From: Coleofasciculus sp. B1-GNL1-01
Lineage (GTDB): Bacteria > Cyanobacteriota > Cyanobacteriia > Cyanobacteriales > Coleofasciculaceae
Direction: 5' to 3' (one strand)
Assembly: GCA_040220235.1 (NCBI GenBank)
Contig: JAVJTO010000039.1
Length of the DNA stretch: 64,000 nt
The position numbers were made by a program, and so were the translations under genes. Below, piece by piece: positions 11,920 to 21,865 of this stretch; position 1 is the first letter of the stretch, and the number at the start of each line of letters is the position of its first letter. The notes beneath the pieces are model-generated. The model made no database searches, was not told the DNA's origin, and worked only from the letters and a program-made list of their open reading frames with translations.

Positions 11920-12167
11920 CTCAAGAACAGTTAGATAATTTGTTAGAGCAGATTTTAAATCAATATCAACAAGCTTTTGCCGAAAGAATTTCTCCTGAAG
12001 AATCAACAGAGGAAGACGATCTGATGTTGGCGTTTGGTTTAACCCAAGATATAAAAACTACCAATAAGCAGTATTGGGGAAGGCAATTAGGTAGCTACCT
12101 AAAGAGTTTAACCCAATTCGATTTGCAAGCATGGTTGCGGACAAGACAAAATCGCTTTATTTTCTAG
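11916..12167 (+). pseudogene. Probable internally deleted type II restriction endonuclease
   Basis: ATGA-coupled to the MTase; only 83 aa; NKQYWGRQLG joined directly to YLKSLTQFDLQAWL, with no nuclease core. Confidence 0.55.
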
Positions 12168-12545
12168 GGGAGAATAGGTTGTAGGTTGGGTTGACGCAAG
12201 GAAACCCAACCAAGTTTAGGTCTAAAGTTCCCTACTACAAGCCGAATTTAATCCATCAAATTAATGTGCCACGCCAATAGGCGCATGACACGGCTGAAAT
12301 TGTGGACTAGAGTTGACAGGTTTTTTGGACGCAAGGACTTGCGCCCTTACCGTCTCTAAATGTAAGATTATAGGTGATCAAACTTGACTAAATGTAAACA
12401 TTATTCAATTAAAAGATTAAGTTAAATTAAGTTTTCTTAAAAATCAACTCAATTAACTGAAAAAACAAAAAAATGATTTTAATGTTAAGCAAACGGACGA
12501 ATTAAGTTGACTTGATTTGTCTCAACGTTTTTTAGGAGACAGCCG

Positions 12546-13130
12546 ATGATAAATTTTAAATCATTATTAACGACGTTGATGGGCGGGAAAACTCTCTCCA
12601 GAGAATCAGACAATACCGCCTCAAAATCAACCTTTATTGAAGATGTTGATGCAGGACACCTGATTTCGTCCGCTCAAGGTCCAATCGCAGTGCCAACGAT
12701 TAACACAATTGAGGGCAGTTTGTTTAGTCCGGCAGATATCGATCTCTACCAACTTGAATCTGAACGTCAAGCATATTTAAAATTTAGTGTTGCTCAAAAT
12801 CCCTTATTATCTGTATTATCTTTATCATCTTTGTCCTTATTTTTATTTGATGAAATGGGCAAAGGACTAGCAGCAGGAATCGGAGAAGTTGGGTTCAATT
12901 TTTCTGAAAACGAGACGTTCTATTTAGGTATAAGTGATGGTCTTAATCCGCTTAATAGTGCCGGAGAGGTGCTGTTATCACCTGAGGGAGAGGTGAATAC
13001 AGGCACTTTGACAGGTTGGCAAGATCCGGGAATTGTAATTCCTATATTTACTCATTATAACATAGTAATAGAAATCGAGACACAGGCTGTTTCTGAACCT
13101 TTGACAGTTGGAGATCAGGGTGTAGCTTAG
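12546..13130 (+). CDS. PPC/DVUA0089-like domain protein with a degenerate PEP-CTERM tail
   Basis: DIDLYQL, LFLFDEMG, FYLGIS; ends AVSEPLTVGDQGVA*. Confidence 0.55.
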   Translation: MINFKSLLTTLMGGKTLSRESDNTASKSTFIEDVDAGHLISSAQGPIAVPTINTIEGSLFSPADIDLYQLESERQAYLKFSVAQNPLLSVLSLSSLSLFLFDEMGKGLAAGIGEVGFNFSENETFYLGISDGLNPLNSAGEVLLSPEGEVNTGTLTGWQDPGIVIPIFTHYNIVIEIETQAVSEPLTVGDQGVA

Positions 13131-13214
13131 GCAACAGTAAACAGTTGACGCTTGTTATCATTTCTGAGTACAGCGGACAGAAATTATGTCCAGGTACTGA
13201 TTGGCACGAAGACA

Positions 13215-13901
13215 TTACTCTTTTCCCCGATACCATCGCGCCAGTTTGTCAGGAGAAACTCTCCAAAAATACCCCAAAATAATAAGCTGGTTAATTAGAG
13301 TGGTTTTGATGATACCTAACCGTTCCCAGCGTCGTCCTGATGTCAGAACCGATTCTGAAACAATCGTAATCCGTCCTTGGGGTTGTAAGCGACGAATGAA
13401 TTCAAAATCTTCCATGATTGGCAAATTTGGAAAACCTGCTATATCATGAAAAACAGTCGCTTTTAAAAATAGAGCTTGGTCGCCATAAGGCATCGAAAAA
13501 AAACGCGATCGCCAATTTACCAGTCGTTCAATGAGACGCAAGCCAAACTGTTGAGAATCAATGCCTAATTCAAACGCCCCGGCAATGGTTGGGGGATCTT
13601 GTAGCGCTTGGCGGATTAAACGATCAAAGTTTGCTGGTAAACGAGTATCGGCGTGGAGAAATAAGAGGATATCACCCGTCGCCCTCGCTGCACCCGCATT
13701 CATTTGACAGGCGCGACCGGGTGGGGTAGAAATAACCTGGACATTTCGCGATCGCGCTACACTGACGGTTTCATCTTGACTCTCCCCATCTACCACAATA
13801 ACCTCCACATTATCAGTATTAACCAGTCTATCTAAGACCGAACCAATCGTACTCGCTTCATTTAAAACGGGAATAATAACTGAAATTGTTTCGGTTTTCA
13901 T
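13215..13901 (-). CDS. Glycosyltransferase family 2, TIGR04283-like (arsenosugar-associated)
   Basis: ISVIIPVLNE, GRACQMNAGA, LFLHADT, PYGDQ, IMEDFE, TSGRRW. Confidence 0.9.
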   Translation of the reverse strand: MKTETISVIIPVLNEASTIGSVLDRLVNTDNVEVIVVDGESQDETVSVARSRNVQVISTPPGRACQMNAGAARATGDILLFLHADTRLPANFDRLIRQALQDPPTIAGAFELGIDSQQFGLRLIERLVNWRSRFFSMPYGDQALFLKATVFHDIAGFPNLPIMEDFEFIRRLQPQGRITIVSESVLTSGRRWERLGIIKTTLINQLIILGYFWRVSPDKLARWYRGKE

Positions 13902-13932
13902 TACATTAGAGTTTCTGCCCTAATCCCCATTG

Positions 13933-16900
13933 TCAATCAATTTCGACCCGAAAGCGAATCAATCCTACATTATTGGGAGCGGTGGTAGGAATATCGCCTA
14001 ACTCGACAACCACAGCGCCATTGGGATTGTTGGTTTCATCACAAGGCGTTGATACAGGATTGAGAGGCGGAAAAAATGTTCCCGAATCTTGGTCTGATGC
14101 ATTACTTTGGGGTGTCGGTGTTCCATCTTGATTTAACAAGATTCCGCTCCCTTGTCTAAAACTATCTGAGATAAACGTTGTCCCTTGAGGAATCAGATCA
14201 CAAAAATCGACACCGTTAACCACTGTGCCACCATTTGACAGGAAATAGATCGTATATTCCACAGTATCGCCACTTTCTAAACGTCTATCAGGACTAATCC
14301 TGGGAACACCTAAAAGCCCTCCTCCCTGTAGCTGAGACCAGCCACTAGCGTTATCATCCGGATCAGTGGGATCGTCTACAACCGTATCAAAGTTAATGCC
14401 TTCGATCACTTGTCCATCTCTCCTCACCTCAGTAATCCGTTTCACTAGAAGCAAGTGGGGTTCTCCAGCCAAAAATACCTCAGCACTGGCTCGATTATTC
14501 CCAGGATTTGGATCATCTTGATCTAAAGCACTAATCACCGCCGTGTTGGTAACAGAACCAGGAATATCTCCAGTGGTGGTAATCTGTAACCTAGCCTCAT
14601 TACCATTGGCTAGGTTCCCCACTGACCAAATTCCACTACTGCGATTATATGAGCCTTGAGACGCTTCTGCCGATCTAAAGGTTACTTCAGGGGGTAAGGG
14701 TTCCGTCACCGCTACATCAGTCGCGTCATTCGTATCATTATTAGTCAGAGTAATGGTATACATTATTTCGTCTCCCACATTGGCTTGGTTTGGGCGTGCT
14801 GTTTTGCTTAAGCCGAGGTCAACGAATTGCAAGGGAATCGTGGCACTATCTTGATCATCCTCGCCAGCAACGCTGTTTCCTGGGGTAGAATCGGGGTCAG
14901 GTCGATCTGAGGCTATCACTTGCGCCCGATTCACGACGGTTTCACTCGTGGTTAAGGTTGCCTCAATTTGCAACGTGGCGCTACTGTTGTTATCCAAATC
15001 GCCCACCGTCCAGACGCCCGTTTGGTTATCATAGCTTCCCTGGCTGGATGTCGCGGAAACAAAGTTCAATCCGGCTGGCAATGCGTCCCTAACTTGCACA
15101 TCCGTCGTGGCGAGAGGTCCATCATTGGTGACGGTGATGGAGATGGTTACATTGTCCCCCGGTTCGGGATTATCAGGGGTTGTTGTTTTGGTTAGGCTCA
15201 AGTCGGCGGTTCGTTCGATGGGGGTTTGAACGGTACTTGTATTATTATCCGGATTGGGATCGGTTACGTCATCTCCTATGGAGTCACCGGGTCCGAGGGG
15301 AACTGTGGCGGTATTGGTTAAGGTTCCGGAAGCCGTCCTCGAGAGAGTGCCGATTACCCTATAAGTAGCAGTAGCCTCCGGGTCGAGGGTGACGGTTGTA
15401 TCAATCACATTACCTGTACCATTTGCCGCACCGCAACTCCCTGTACCGTCAGTAATTGCACAAGTCCACCTGACGTCAGTAATCGTATCCGGAATATCAT
15501 CCCTGACTGTTGCCCCCATGACATCATTAGGACCATTATTGGTCACAGTGATCTCGAAGACAATCGGATCATTGGCAACCACTCGGTCTGAACGAATCCG
15601 TTTTTCAATTGCCAAGTCTGCTTCTGCAATGACAATAGCATCGGTAAAGGTAAAATCCCGAGACGGTAAAAACGCCCAAGTATCAATACCCCTGACATCG
15701 CCAAAGCAAGTTTCTTCACTACTAGCATCAGAACAACCATAGCGATGAGCGCCATTACTGCTGTTGACTCCTTCTAGACCAACTCCATTGATTGAGGCAT
15801 CCAGGGGATCAGGAGGAATGCCAGGTCCACTAAAACGGCTGTCGTCATAGTAAACGGTAAAATCCGGACTGTTTCGACCATTCAGCCGTTCTAGGATAAT
15901 CCCATTGGGACTCGCTTCCACATCTAAAAACGGAAAATGGACTTGAGCCGCAAACAGATTGATGCGAACCCGGAACCCTTGAAGTCCGCCCGGTATAGGG
16001 TTACCATTCCCATCTAAACCATCCCAAACCACTTGATTTTCCCCTTCAGTCACTCGACCCGTGATAATTCTGTCTCGAATGGAACTGTCATCATTTCCGA
16101 ACACGCCATCGCCATTTAAGTCAATGACAATTCTGAAACTACCCGCCTGTGTTGCTGTGAATCTAAAGATACCCCCACCCGGCGAGGCGGCTTGACCTCG
16201 CGTACCCTGATCACCGATAAACCTAAAATTACTCACGTCCCCAGGAGGGCTGGGTTCGGGAGGAGTGTCTAGGATGCCAGGTTCAGGTCGATTAAAGAAA
16301 ATTCTATGGGTTCGGTCATCACCAGTATTAGGATTAGTAAATGGATTTTGGAAGTCAGGGGGTGGATCTAGGGGAACAGAGGAGAAGAATGGGTTGCCGT
16401 TGGGTCGTCTAAATCCTTTATTGTTGGAGAAGAAGATGAATCCAAAGGGTTCTGTACCGTTCAAGTCGATGCGGTAAACATAACCTTGTTCAGTCAGGAT
16501 GTAGGCTTCGGAACTCAGGGGTACGTCTAAATCTCCCATATTCAACGCCAGAAAATTGGCAAAGGCGCGACCTTTAATGGGTTCATTCTCATCAGCTACG
16601 GTGACATCCCAAGCGGTTACGAAGTTATCATTGTTATCTTGTTCAGACCAAGGATCGTCGGCTGGAATAGGGTCTGGGTTGACTGTACTCGAAGGATCAG
16701 GACTAACAAAGTCAATTTGCCAAACCCCAGTTTGATCGACCTCCTCGATACAAGGGCTATAACCCCCAGAAAAAAGAGTATTCGGTCCTATTTCTTCTTC
16801 TGCACGATTTTCAATCTTACCCGTGTCGTCGCAACTACCAGATGCACCACTGGGTTTTGTGTAATCAATCCTACCCTGACCAACGCCCACAGCACTGGAA

Positions 16901-17136
16901 CCCAAGTAGAGTGTCTCACCTGCCTTAGCATAAACCAGAATCGTCGTTTGGCGTTGTATTGGTCCTGTATCCAGAGAGTCTTCGCGATAGTCCAAAAACG
17001 GGCGAAAGCCACCACTGGAGGTTAATTCCCGGCTTCCTTCAGCCTGAACGGGAGGAGTCCAAAGACTACAGATGCACCAAGAAAGGGCAAGGCTACCGAT
17101 TACCCTACTAAAGAATTGAGTTTTCAGGTTATTCAC
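13933..17136 (-). CDS. Secreted protein with DUF11/conserved-repeat Ig-like domains
   Basis: Signal peptide (..VQA/EGSREL); repeated ADL.I.K..TNNGP..TNTA..DPNPDNN domains. Confidence 0.85.
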   Translation of the reverse strand: MNNLKTQFFSRVIGSLALSWCICSLWTPPVQAEGSRELTSSGGFRPFLDYREDSLDTGPIQRQTTILVYAKAGETLYLGSSAVGVGQGRIDYTKPSGASGSCDDTGKIENRAEEEIGPNTLFSGGYSPCIEEVDQTGVWQIDFVSPDPSSTVNPDPIPADDPWSEQDNNDNFVTAWDVTVADENEPIKGRAFANFLALNMGDLDVPLSSEAYILTEQGYVYRIDLNGTEPFGFIFFSNNKGFRRPNGNPFFSSVPLDPPPDFQNPFTNPNTGDDRTHRIFFNRPEPGILDTPPEPSPPGDVSNFRFIGDQGTRGQAASPGGGIFRFTATQAGSFRIVIDLNGDGVFGNDDSSIRDRIITGRVTEGENQVVWDGLDGNGNPIPGGLQGFRVRINLFAAQVHFPFLDVEASPNGIILERLNGRNSPDFTVYYDDSRFSGPGIPPDPLDASINGVGLEGVNSSNGAHRYGCSDASSEETCFGDVRGIDTWAFLPSRDFTFTDAIVIAEADLAIEKRIRSDRVVANDPIVFEITVTNNGPNDVMGATVRDDIPDTITDVRWTCAITDGTGSCGAANGTGNVIDTTVTLDPEATATYRVIGTLSRTASGTLTNTATVPLGPGDSIGDDVTDPNPDNNTSTVQTPIERTADLSLTKTTTPDNPEPGDNVTISITVTNDGPLATTDVQVRDALPAGLNFVSATSSQGSYDNQTGVWTVGDLDNNSSATLQIEATLTTSETVVNRAQVIASDRPDPDSTPGNSVAGEDDQDSATIPLQFVDLGLSKTARPNQANVGDEIMYTITLTNNDTNDATDVAVTEPLPPEVTFRSAEASQGSYNRSSGIWSVGNLANGNEARLQITTTGDIPGSVTNTAVISALDQDDPNPGNNRASAEVFLAGEPHLLLVKRITEVRRDGQVIEGINFDTVVDDPTDPDDNASGWSQLQGGGLLGVPRISPDRRLESGDTVEYTIYFLSNGGTVVNGVDFCDLIPQGTTFISDSFRQGSGILLNQDGTPTPQSNASDQDSGTFFPPLNPVSTPCDETNNPNGAVVVELGDIPTTAPNNVGLIRFRVEID

Positions 17137-17433
17137 AATCTACCATTTACGTTTCAACAGTCATAAACAGTCATAGGAGGTGGCGCAGACAACGCCGACT
17201 AGGAACGGTAAATCTACCCCTAGCGTCGCTTTGCAGGGGTAGGGGAAAGTTAACCGAACAGGGCAGACTTACACCGGGCAAAAGCCCGATAAATTTCTCG
17301 TATTCCTATGATTTCGCTCAATTCGCGCTAAACATAACGCGATAGGGGCTAATCTAATCACACTTTGAAGGTAAAAAAATCAGTCTCTCGATAGATACCA
17401 AATATTATCTCTAGGCAGAATAAACGGGTGTTC

Positions 17434-18042
17434 TCACTTGCCCAAATCCTCGGGACGGTCAATATCATGGAGTATGGGCAGAGATGCGATCGCTAATCCC
17501 AGGCGATCGGCAATCTCGATGGTTTGTTGTCTGACTTGCGAGGTTCCCCAATGAATTCCCATGAAGAGTTCAGGAATTAACCGCCGCAAACCAATTAGAT
17601 AATATCCTCCATCTTGGGCGGGTCCTAATACTAAATCTTGCGTTTTAAGTAATTTAAATGCCTCAGCAATTATTTGAGTATCTAAATCGGGGCAATCTGT
17701 CCCAATAATCACTACACTTGTCATTCCCGCTGCAAAGGATTTCTCAAATGCGGATGCCATTCGTTTGCCTAAATCTCCCTGACTTTGTTGACGGTAAATC
17801 AGATCAGCACCTAACCAAGCTTGCATTAATGGTTGATTCCCGCCAGCAAAATGAATTTCTACAAATACAGGATAAAAGACTTGTAGTTTTTTCGCTTTAG
17901 CCAGGGTATTTTCTGTCATCTGGCGTTGCAGGTTTGCCGCCCCTTCCTCACCTAGGGCGGGAATCATGCGTGTTTTGGTTTTTCCCGGTTCGGGATAGCG
18001 GGTGAAAATAATTAGCGTTTCGTTTACGGTAGCTGGAGTCAT
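17434..18042 (-). CDS. TIGR04282/DUF2064 family glycosyltransferase-like protein
   Basis: FTRYPEPGKTKTR, QGDLGKRM, IGTDCP, GPAQDGGYYLIG, DIDRPEDL. Confidence 0.92.
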   Translation of the reverse strand: MTPATVNETLIIFTRYPEPGKTKTRMIPALGEEGAANLQRQMTENTLAKAKKLQVFYPVFVEIHFAGGNQPLMQAWLGADLIYRQQSQGDLGKRMASAFEKSFAAGMTSVVIIGTDCPDLDTQIIAEAFKLLKTQDLVLGPAQDGGYYLIGLRRLIPELFMGIHWGTSQVRQQTIEIADRLGLAIASLPILHDIDRPEDLGK

Positions 18043-18225
18043 TCGATTAAACTGATGTGCATCTAAATAGGGGCTTGCTACAGGGAGTTTTATGGTGAGG
18101 GGAGGGAACAGGGAATAGGAAAATTATTATCCAGCAAGCCTTTGACAAAATTCAATAACTTTTTCTGATCACCATAACTCCTGGAGAGCCAGAGTTTTTT
18201 GAATTTAAAGACCTTGTAGAAAAAT

Positions 18226-18837
18226 TTAGTCAACATCAGATTCGTGACTCTCTTCCCAAATCTCCCAGCCTTCTTTAATCAAATAAAACACGATAATAAA
18301 TCCGGCAAACGGATCAGCTTGCCAAAAGCCAAACCCGTAATTTCCTGCTAACCCTAAAAATAATGCCACTGAAAGAAAGGAACAGACTAAGGTTTCTTTG
18401 GCATCGGCAATCAGCGCTTTACTATTGAGTTGTTTACCAATTTTGCTTTTTTGCCACGCCAACAGGGGCATAATAATCAACGAAAGGATAGCGAGAAGTA
18501 TACCCAGGAATGATGGATCGGGAATGTCTTGGGTAATTAACTTTCTCAGGGATTCAAATCCAATATATCCAGCCATTAAGAAAAATGTAATTGCCACAAA
18601 CTGGGTAGCTTGTCGCTCAATTTTGGCTTCGGCTTCCGCTGTTAGGCTTTGATGCTGGCTGAGACGCCAAATTAAAATACATCCTGATAAGGATTCAACA
18701 ATACTATCGAGTCCAAATCCAATTAATGCAATACTATTATTAATCGCGCCTAAAAGAATTGAAACAACGGCTTCAAGGATGTTATAGCCAACCGTAAAAT
18801 ATTCTAAATAAAGTCCTTTTTGATAAAGCTGGCTCAT
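18226..18837 (-). CDS. Cation diffusion facilitator-type membrane transporter (TM domain only)
   Basis: YNILEA, GFGLDSIVES, ALIADA; multiple TM helices; ATG 18837 preferred over TTG 18855. Confidence 0.82.
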   Translation of the reverse strand: MSQLYQKGLYLEYFTVGYNILEAVVSILLGAINNSIALIGFGLDSIVESLSGCILIWRLSQHQSLTAEAEAKIERQATQFVAITFFLMAGYIGFESLRKLITQDIPDPSFLGILLAILSLIIMPLLAWQKSKIGKQLNSKALIADAKETLVCSFLSVALFLGLAGNYGFGFWQADPFAGFIIVFYLIKEGWEIWEESHESDVD

Positions 18838-19214
18838 TAAGAAATACCTCGGCAAGATTGGTAGGGTTAGTCGATAGGTTCAATACAGGATATGATTAAT
18901 AACATTTTCCTCTGTATGCCAGGTTGGGATTAGGGCGGGTTTCGTTGTGCAGTTTGAGGTTGGTTAACTCATTTTAACCCTAAACCCACCCCTACATCTT
19001 TAGGCGTGCGATCGCGCCGGAAAATCCAGTGGGTTTTGTTGTCCGGTTTTAGGTTAATCTATCAATCTGATATCTTGGCATCAAATCCCCTGTAGGGGCG
19101 GGTTTAGAACGAAAATTAACCGAGAAACAAATAATGTTTTTACAAAACCCGCCCTTCCCCGCCCTGTCACTGTGCCTGAAAGAAAGCGTAAGTCCTGCCC
19201 TAATTTTGCTGAAC

Positions 19215-20198
19215 TTAAACCTTAACTTTAGCACTCATGTCCAACATGCGCTGAATCGGTTGTAACGCCGCAATCCGAATGTGTTCGGGTAACGTAATTT
19301 CTGGCTGACGCTGCTTCATCGCTAGATAAAGTTTTTCCAGCGTATTTAACCGCATGTAGGGACATTCATTACAGTTACAATTATTCGTGGCAGGCGCTGG
19401 AATGAAGCGCTTATCGGGCATTTGCTTTTGCATTTGGTGAATAATTCCCGGTTCTGTCGCCACAATAAACTTAGAACGGGGACTGGTTTGTGAATACTTC
19501 AATAGCGCGGTTGTGGAGCCAATATAGCTGGCGTGACGTAATACTGGAGGTTCGCATTCAGGATGAGCAATTACCTCAGCGTCGGGATGTTCAATCTGGA
19601 GTTGGACAATTCTTTTTTCCGAGAAGGTTTCGTGAACAATACAACTCCCTTGCCATAAAAGCAAATCTCGACCTGTCTGCTGCATTACATAGCGTCCTAA
19701 ATTCCGATCTGGAGCAAAAATGATCGGTTGATCAGGGGGAATTTGCTGGACAATATCGACGGCGTTGGAACTGGTGCAAATAATATCGCTCATCGCCTTA
19801 ATTTCGGCGGAGCAGTTGATATAAGAGATGACTAAATGGTCAGGGTGTTCTGCCTTAAACTGGGCAAATGCATCCGGGGGACAACTATCAGCCAGAGAGC
19901 AACCTGCCTCTAAATCGGGTAGAAGAACAAGTTTGTCAGGATTGAGAATTTTGGCAGTTTCTGCCATGAAATGAACACCCGCAAAGACAATAACATCGGC
20001 ATCGGTATCAGCAGCTTGGCGGGAAAGTCCTAAAGAATCGCCAATATAATCGGCAATATCTTGAATATCGGGGTCTTGGTAGTAGTGGGCAAGGATAACG
20101 GCGTTGAGTTCCCGCTTGAGGGTGTCAATGGCGTCAAATAGGTCATCAGGGATTGACCCAAAGGGTTGTTTCGTTTGAGGCAGTACGGTTGTAAACAA
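19215..20198 (-). CDS. nadA: Quinolinate synthase
   Basis: AHYYQ, GDSL, HFMAE, GCSLAD, CIVHE, AHPEC, ECPYM. Confidence 0.96.
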   Translation of the reverse strand: MFTTVLPQTKQPFGSIPDDLFDAIDTLKRELNAVILAHYYQDPDIQDIADYIGDSLGLSRQAADTDADVIVFAGVHFMAETAKILNPDKLVLLPDLEAGCSLADSCPPDAFAQFKAEHPDHLVISYINCSAEIKAMSDIICTSSNAVDIVQQIPPDQPIIFAPDRNLGRYVMQQTGRDLLLWQGSCIVHETFSEKRIVQLQIEHPDAEVIAHPECEPPVLRHASYIGSTTALLKYSQTSPRSKFIVATEPGIIHQMQKQMPDKRFIPAPATNNCNCNECPYMRLNTLEKLYLAMKQRQPEITLPEHIRIAALQPIQRMLDMSAKVKV

Positions 20199-20303
20199 TG
20201 TTGTAAATTACCCGGAATATATACCTTCCAAATTAATTATAGTGAATTTTACCAAAAATAGCAGGGGTGATGTCATTCTTTCTTGACGAATTGGTTATTG
20301 GTC

Positions 20304-21155
20304 TTATGTCTTATGTCCTTTGTCATTCGTCGGGTGATTGCGTTTTACTAACTGGGCAAACTCCTGTAATGCCTTCCCATATTGCTCCCCAGCCACCCAG
20401 AACAGATCATTATGACCCGCACCCTCTACCCAGAAAGAGCGTTTCGGTTCAGGGGCGGCGGCAAATAGGCGTTGTCCGTGGGAGAGGGGAATCGTGTCAT
20501 CAGCAGTACCATGGATGACTAAGACAGGACAGTTTACCTGGGTGATCTTGTCCAGGTTGGGGAATTTGTCAAAGGGTAAAATCGGGATGGGTACGACGAC
20601 GCGAAAGGCTGAGGTGAACGAACTTTCCAGAATCAAGCCAGCCAATGGGTAACGGGCGGCTAAATCTACGGCTGAACCGCCGCCAACAGAACGTCCATAA
20701 GCGATAATTTGTTCGGGTGGTACTCCCAGTTGCTCTTTTAAATAGGTCAAGGCGGCGTCACTATCGCGATAGGCATTCTGTTCAGAGGGATGTCCCTGAC
20801 TTGTGCCATAGCCGCGATAATCGTAGGCAAAGACGCTAAATCCGAGACTGTGCAGATGGTGCAGCAGGGGTTGAATCTCGCCTAAGTCCTCGGCATTCCC
20901 GTGAATGTAGAGGATAGTATAGGTAGCTGTCGGATTGGGCAAGTAAACGGCGGAAAGCTGGAGATCATCAGCCGTCGTCACTTTGAGAATGTCAGGGGTG
21001 TCTGGGTAGCTGGAGGGGCGAGGCAGAAAAATCATCCGATCTGCCATGAAGTAGACGTATACGGCAAAGAAGACGTAGATAAAAATTAGCGATCGCACGA
21101 GTCGTTTCCAGCTAAACTCACCCAAGAGCCGTCGTTTGAGGGTTTCTTTATCCAT
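20304..21155 (-). CDS. Alpha/beta hydrolase (ABHD-like) with N-terminal TM helix
   Basis: HGNAED, DYRGYG, GRSVG, HGTADD, GAGHND; start moved to ATG 21155. Confidence 0.9.
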   Translation of the reverse strand: MDKETLKRRLLGEFSWKRLVRSLIFIYVFFAVYVYFMADRMIFLPRPSSYPDTPDILKVTTADDLQLSAVYLPNPTATYTILYIHGNAEDLGEIQPLLHHLHSLGFSVFAYDYRGYGTSQGHPSEQNAYRDSDAALTYLKEQLGVPPEQIIAYGRSVGGGSAVDLAARYPLAGLILESSFTSAFRVVVPIPILPFDKFPNLDKITQVNCPVLVIHGTADDTIPLSHGQRLFAAAPEPKRSFWVEGAGHNDLFWVAGEQYGKALQEFAQLVKRNHPTNDKGHKT

Positions 21156-21218
21156 AGCGTTTATTATGGCGCGATCAGAAGTTGTACACTTAGCTTTGCT
21201 GCAAATTGAGGACATGAC

Positions 21219-21611
21219 ATGGCTTTAGAGTATCCTGAAGACTTAAAGTATCTAGACAGCCACGAGTATGTACGACTCGATGGGGAAATTGCCACGATTG
21301 GGATTAGTGCCTTTGCCATCGATCAGTTAGGTGATATTGTGTTCATCGAACTGCCTGATGTGAATAGTGCTTTGGAGAAAGGGGAAAGCTTTGGCACGAT
21401 TGAATCGGTGAAAGCCGTTGAGGATATGTATGCCCCAGTTACGGGAACGGTGATTGAACGCAACGATGCGATCGTGGAATCTCCCGAACAGATTGCTGAA
21501 GATCCTTACGGTGAAGGGTGGTTTCTGAAAGTGCGGGTTAATGATGCCGATGAATTAGAAGATACCTTATCGGCGGCTGAATATCAGGCTCAGGTTGAAG
21601 GAGAGGAGTAA
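21219..21611 (+). CDS. gcvH: Glycine cleavage system H protein
   Basis: Lipoyl motif ESVKAV; DPYGEGW. Confidence 0.97.
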   Translation: MALEYPEDLKYLDSHEYVRLDGEIATIGISAFAIDQLGDIVFIELPDVNSALEKGESFGTIESVKAVEDMYAPVTGTVIERNDAIVESPEQIAEDPYGEGWFLKVRVNDADELEDTLSAAEYQAQVEGEE

Positions 21612-21865
21612 GTTGAAGGGTGCAGGGGGAGCAATGTAGAGACGTAGCAAGCTACGTCTGGAAGATGGGGAAGATGGGGAAAAGAATTGACAAATGACGA
21701 ATGACGTAGCTGGCTTCTCAAGGGAGCGAGTATGACAAATGACAAATGACGAATGACGAATGACAAATGACGAATGACCAATAACAGCACAATTATGAAT
21801 GGTTTGTTAAAAAATAATAAGGAGTCACGCTGACTCTAGCGGCTTGATGCACCAAAACACCTTGA

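Noticed and set aside
17137..17433. c-di-GMP riboswitch upstream of the DUF11 gene
   Set aside because: Hairpins are present, but the GEMM consensus was not found on the coding strand
21612..21865. Glycine riboswitch before gcvP
   Set aside because: Region consists of REP and STRR repeats; no aptamer consensus recognised
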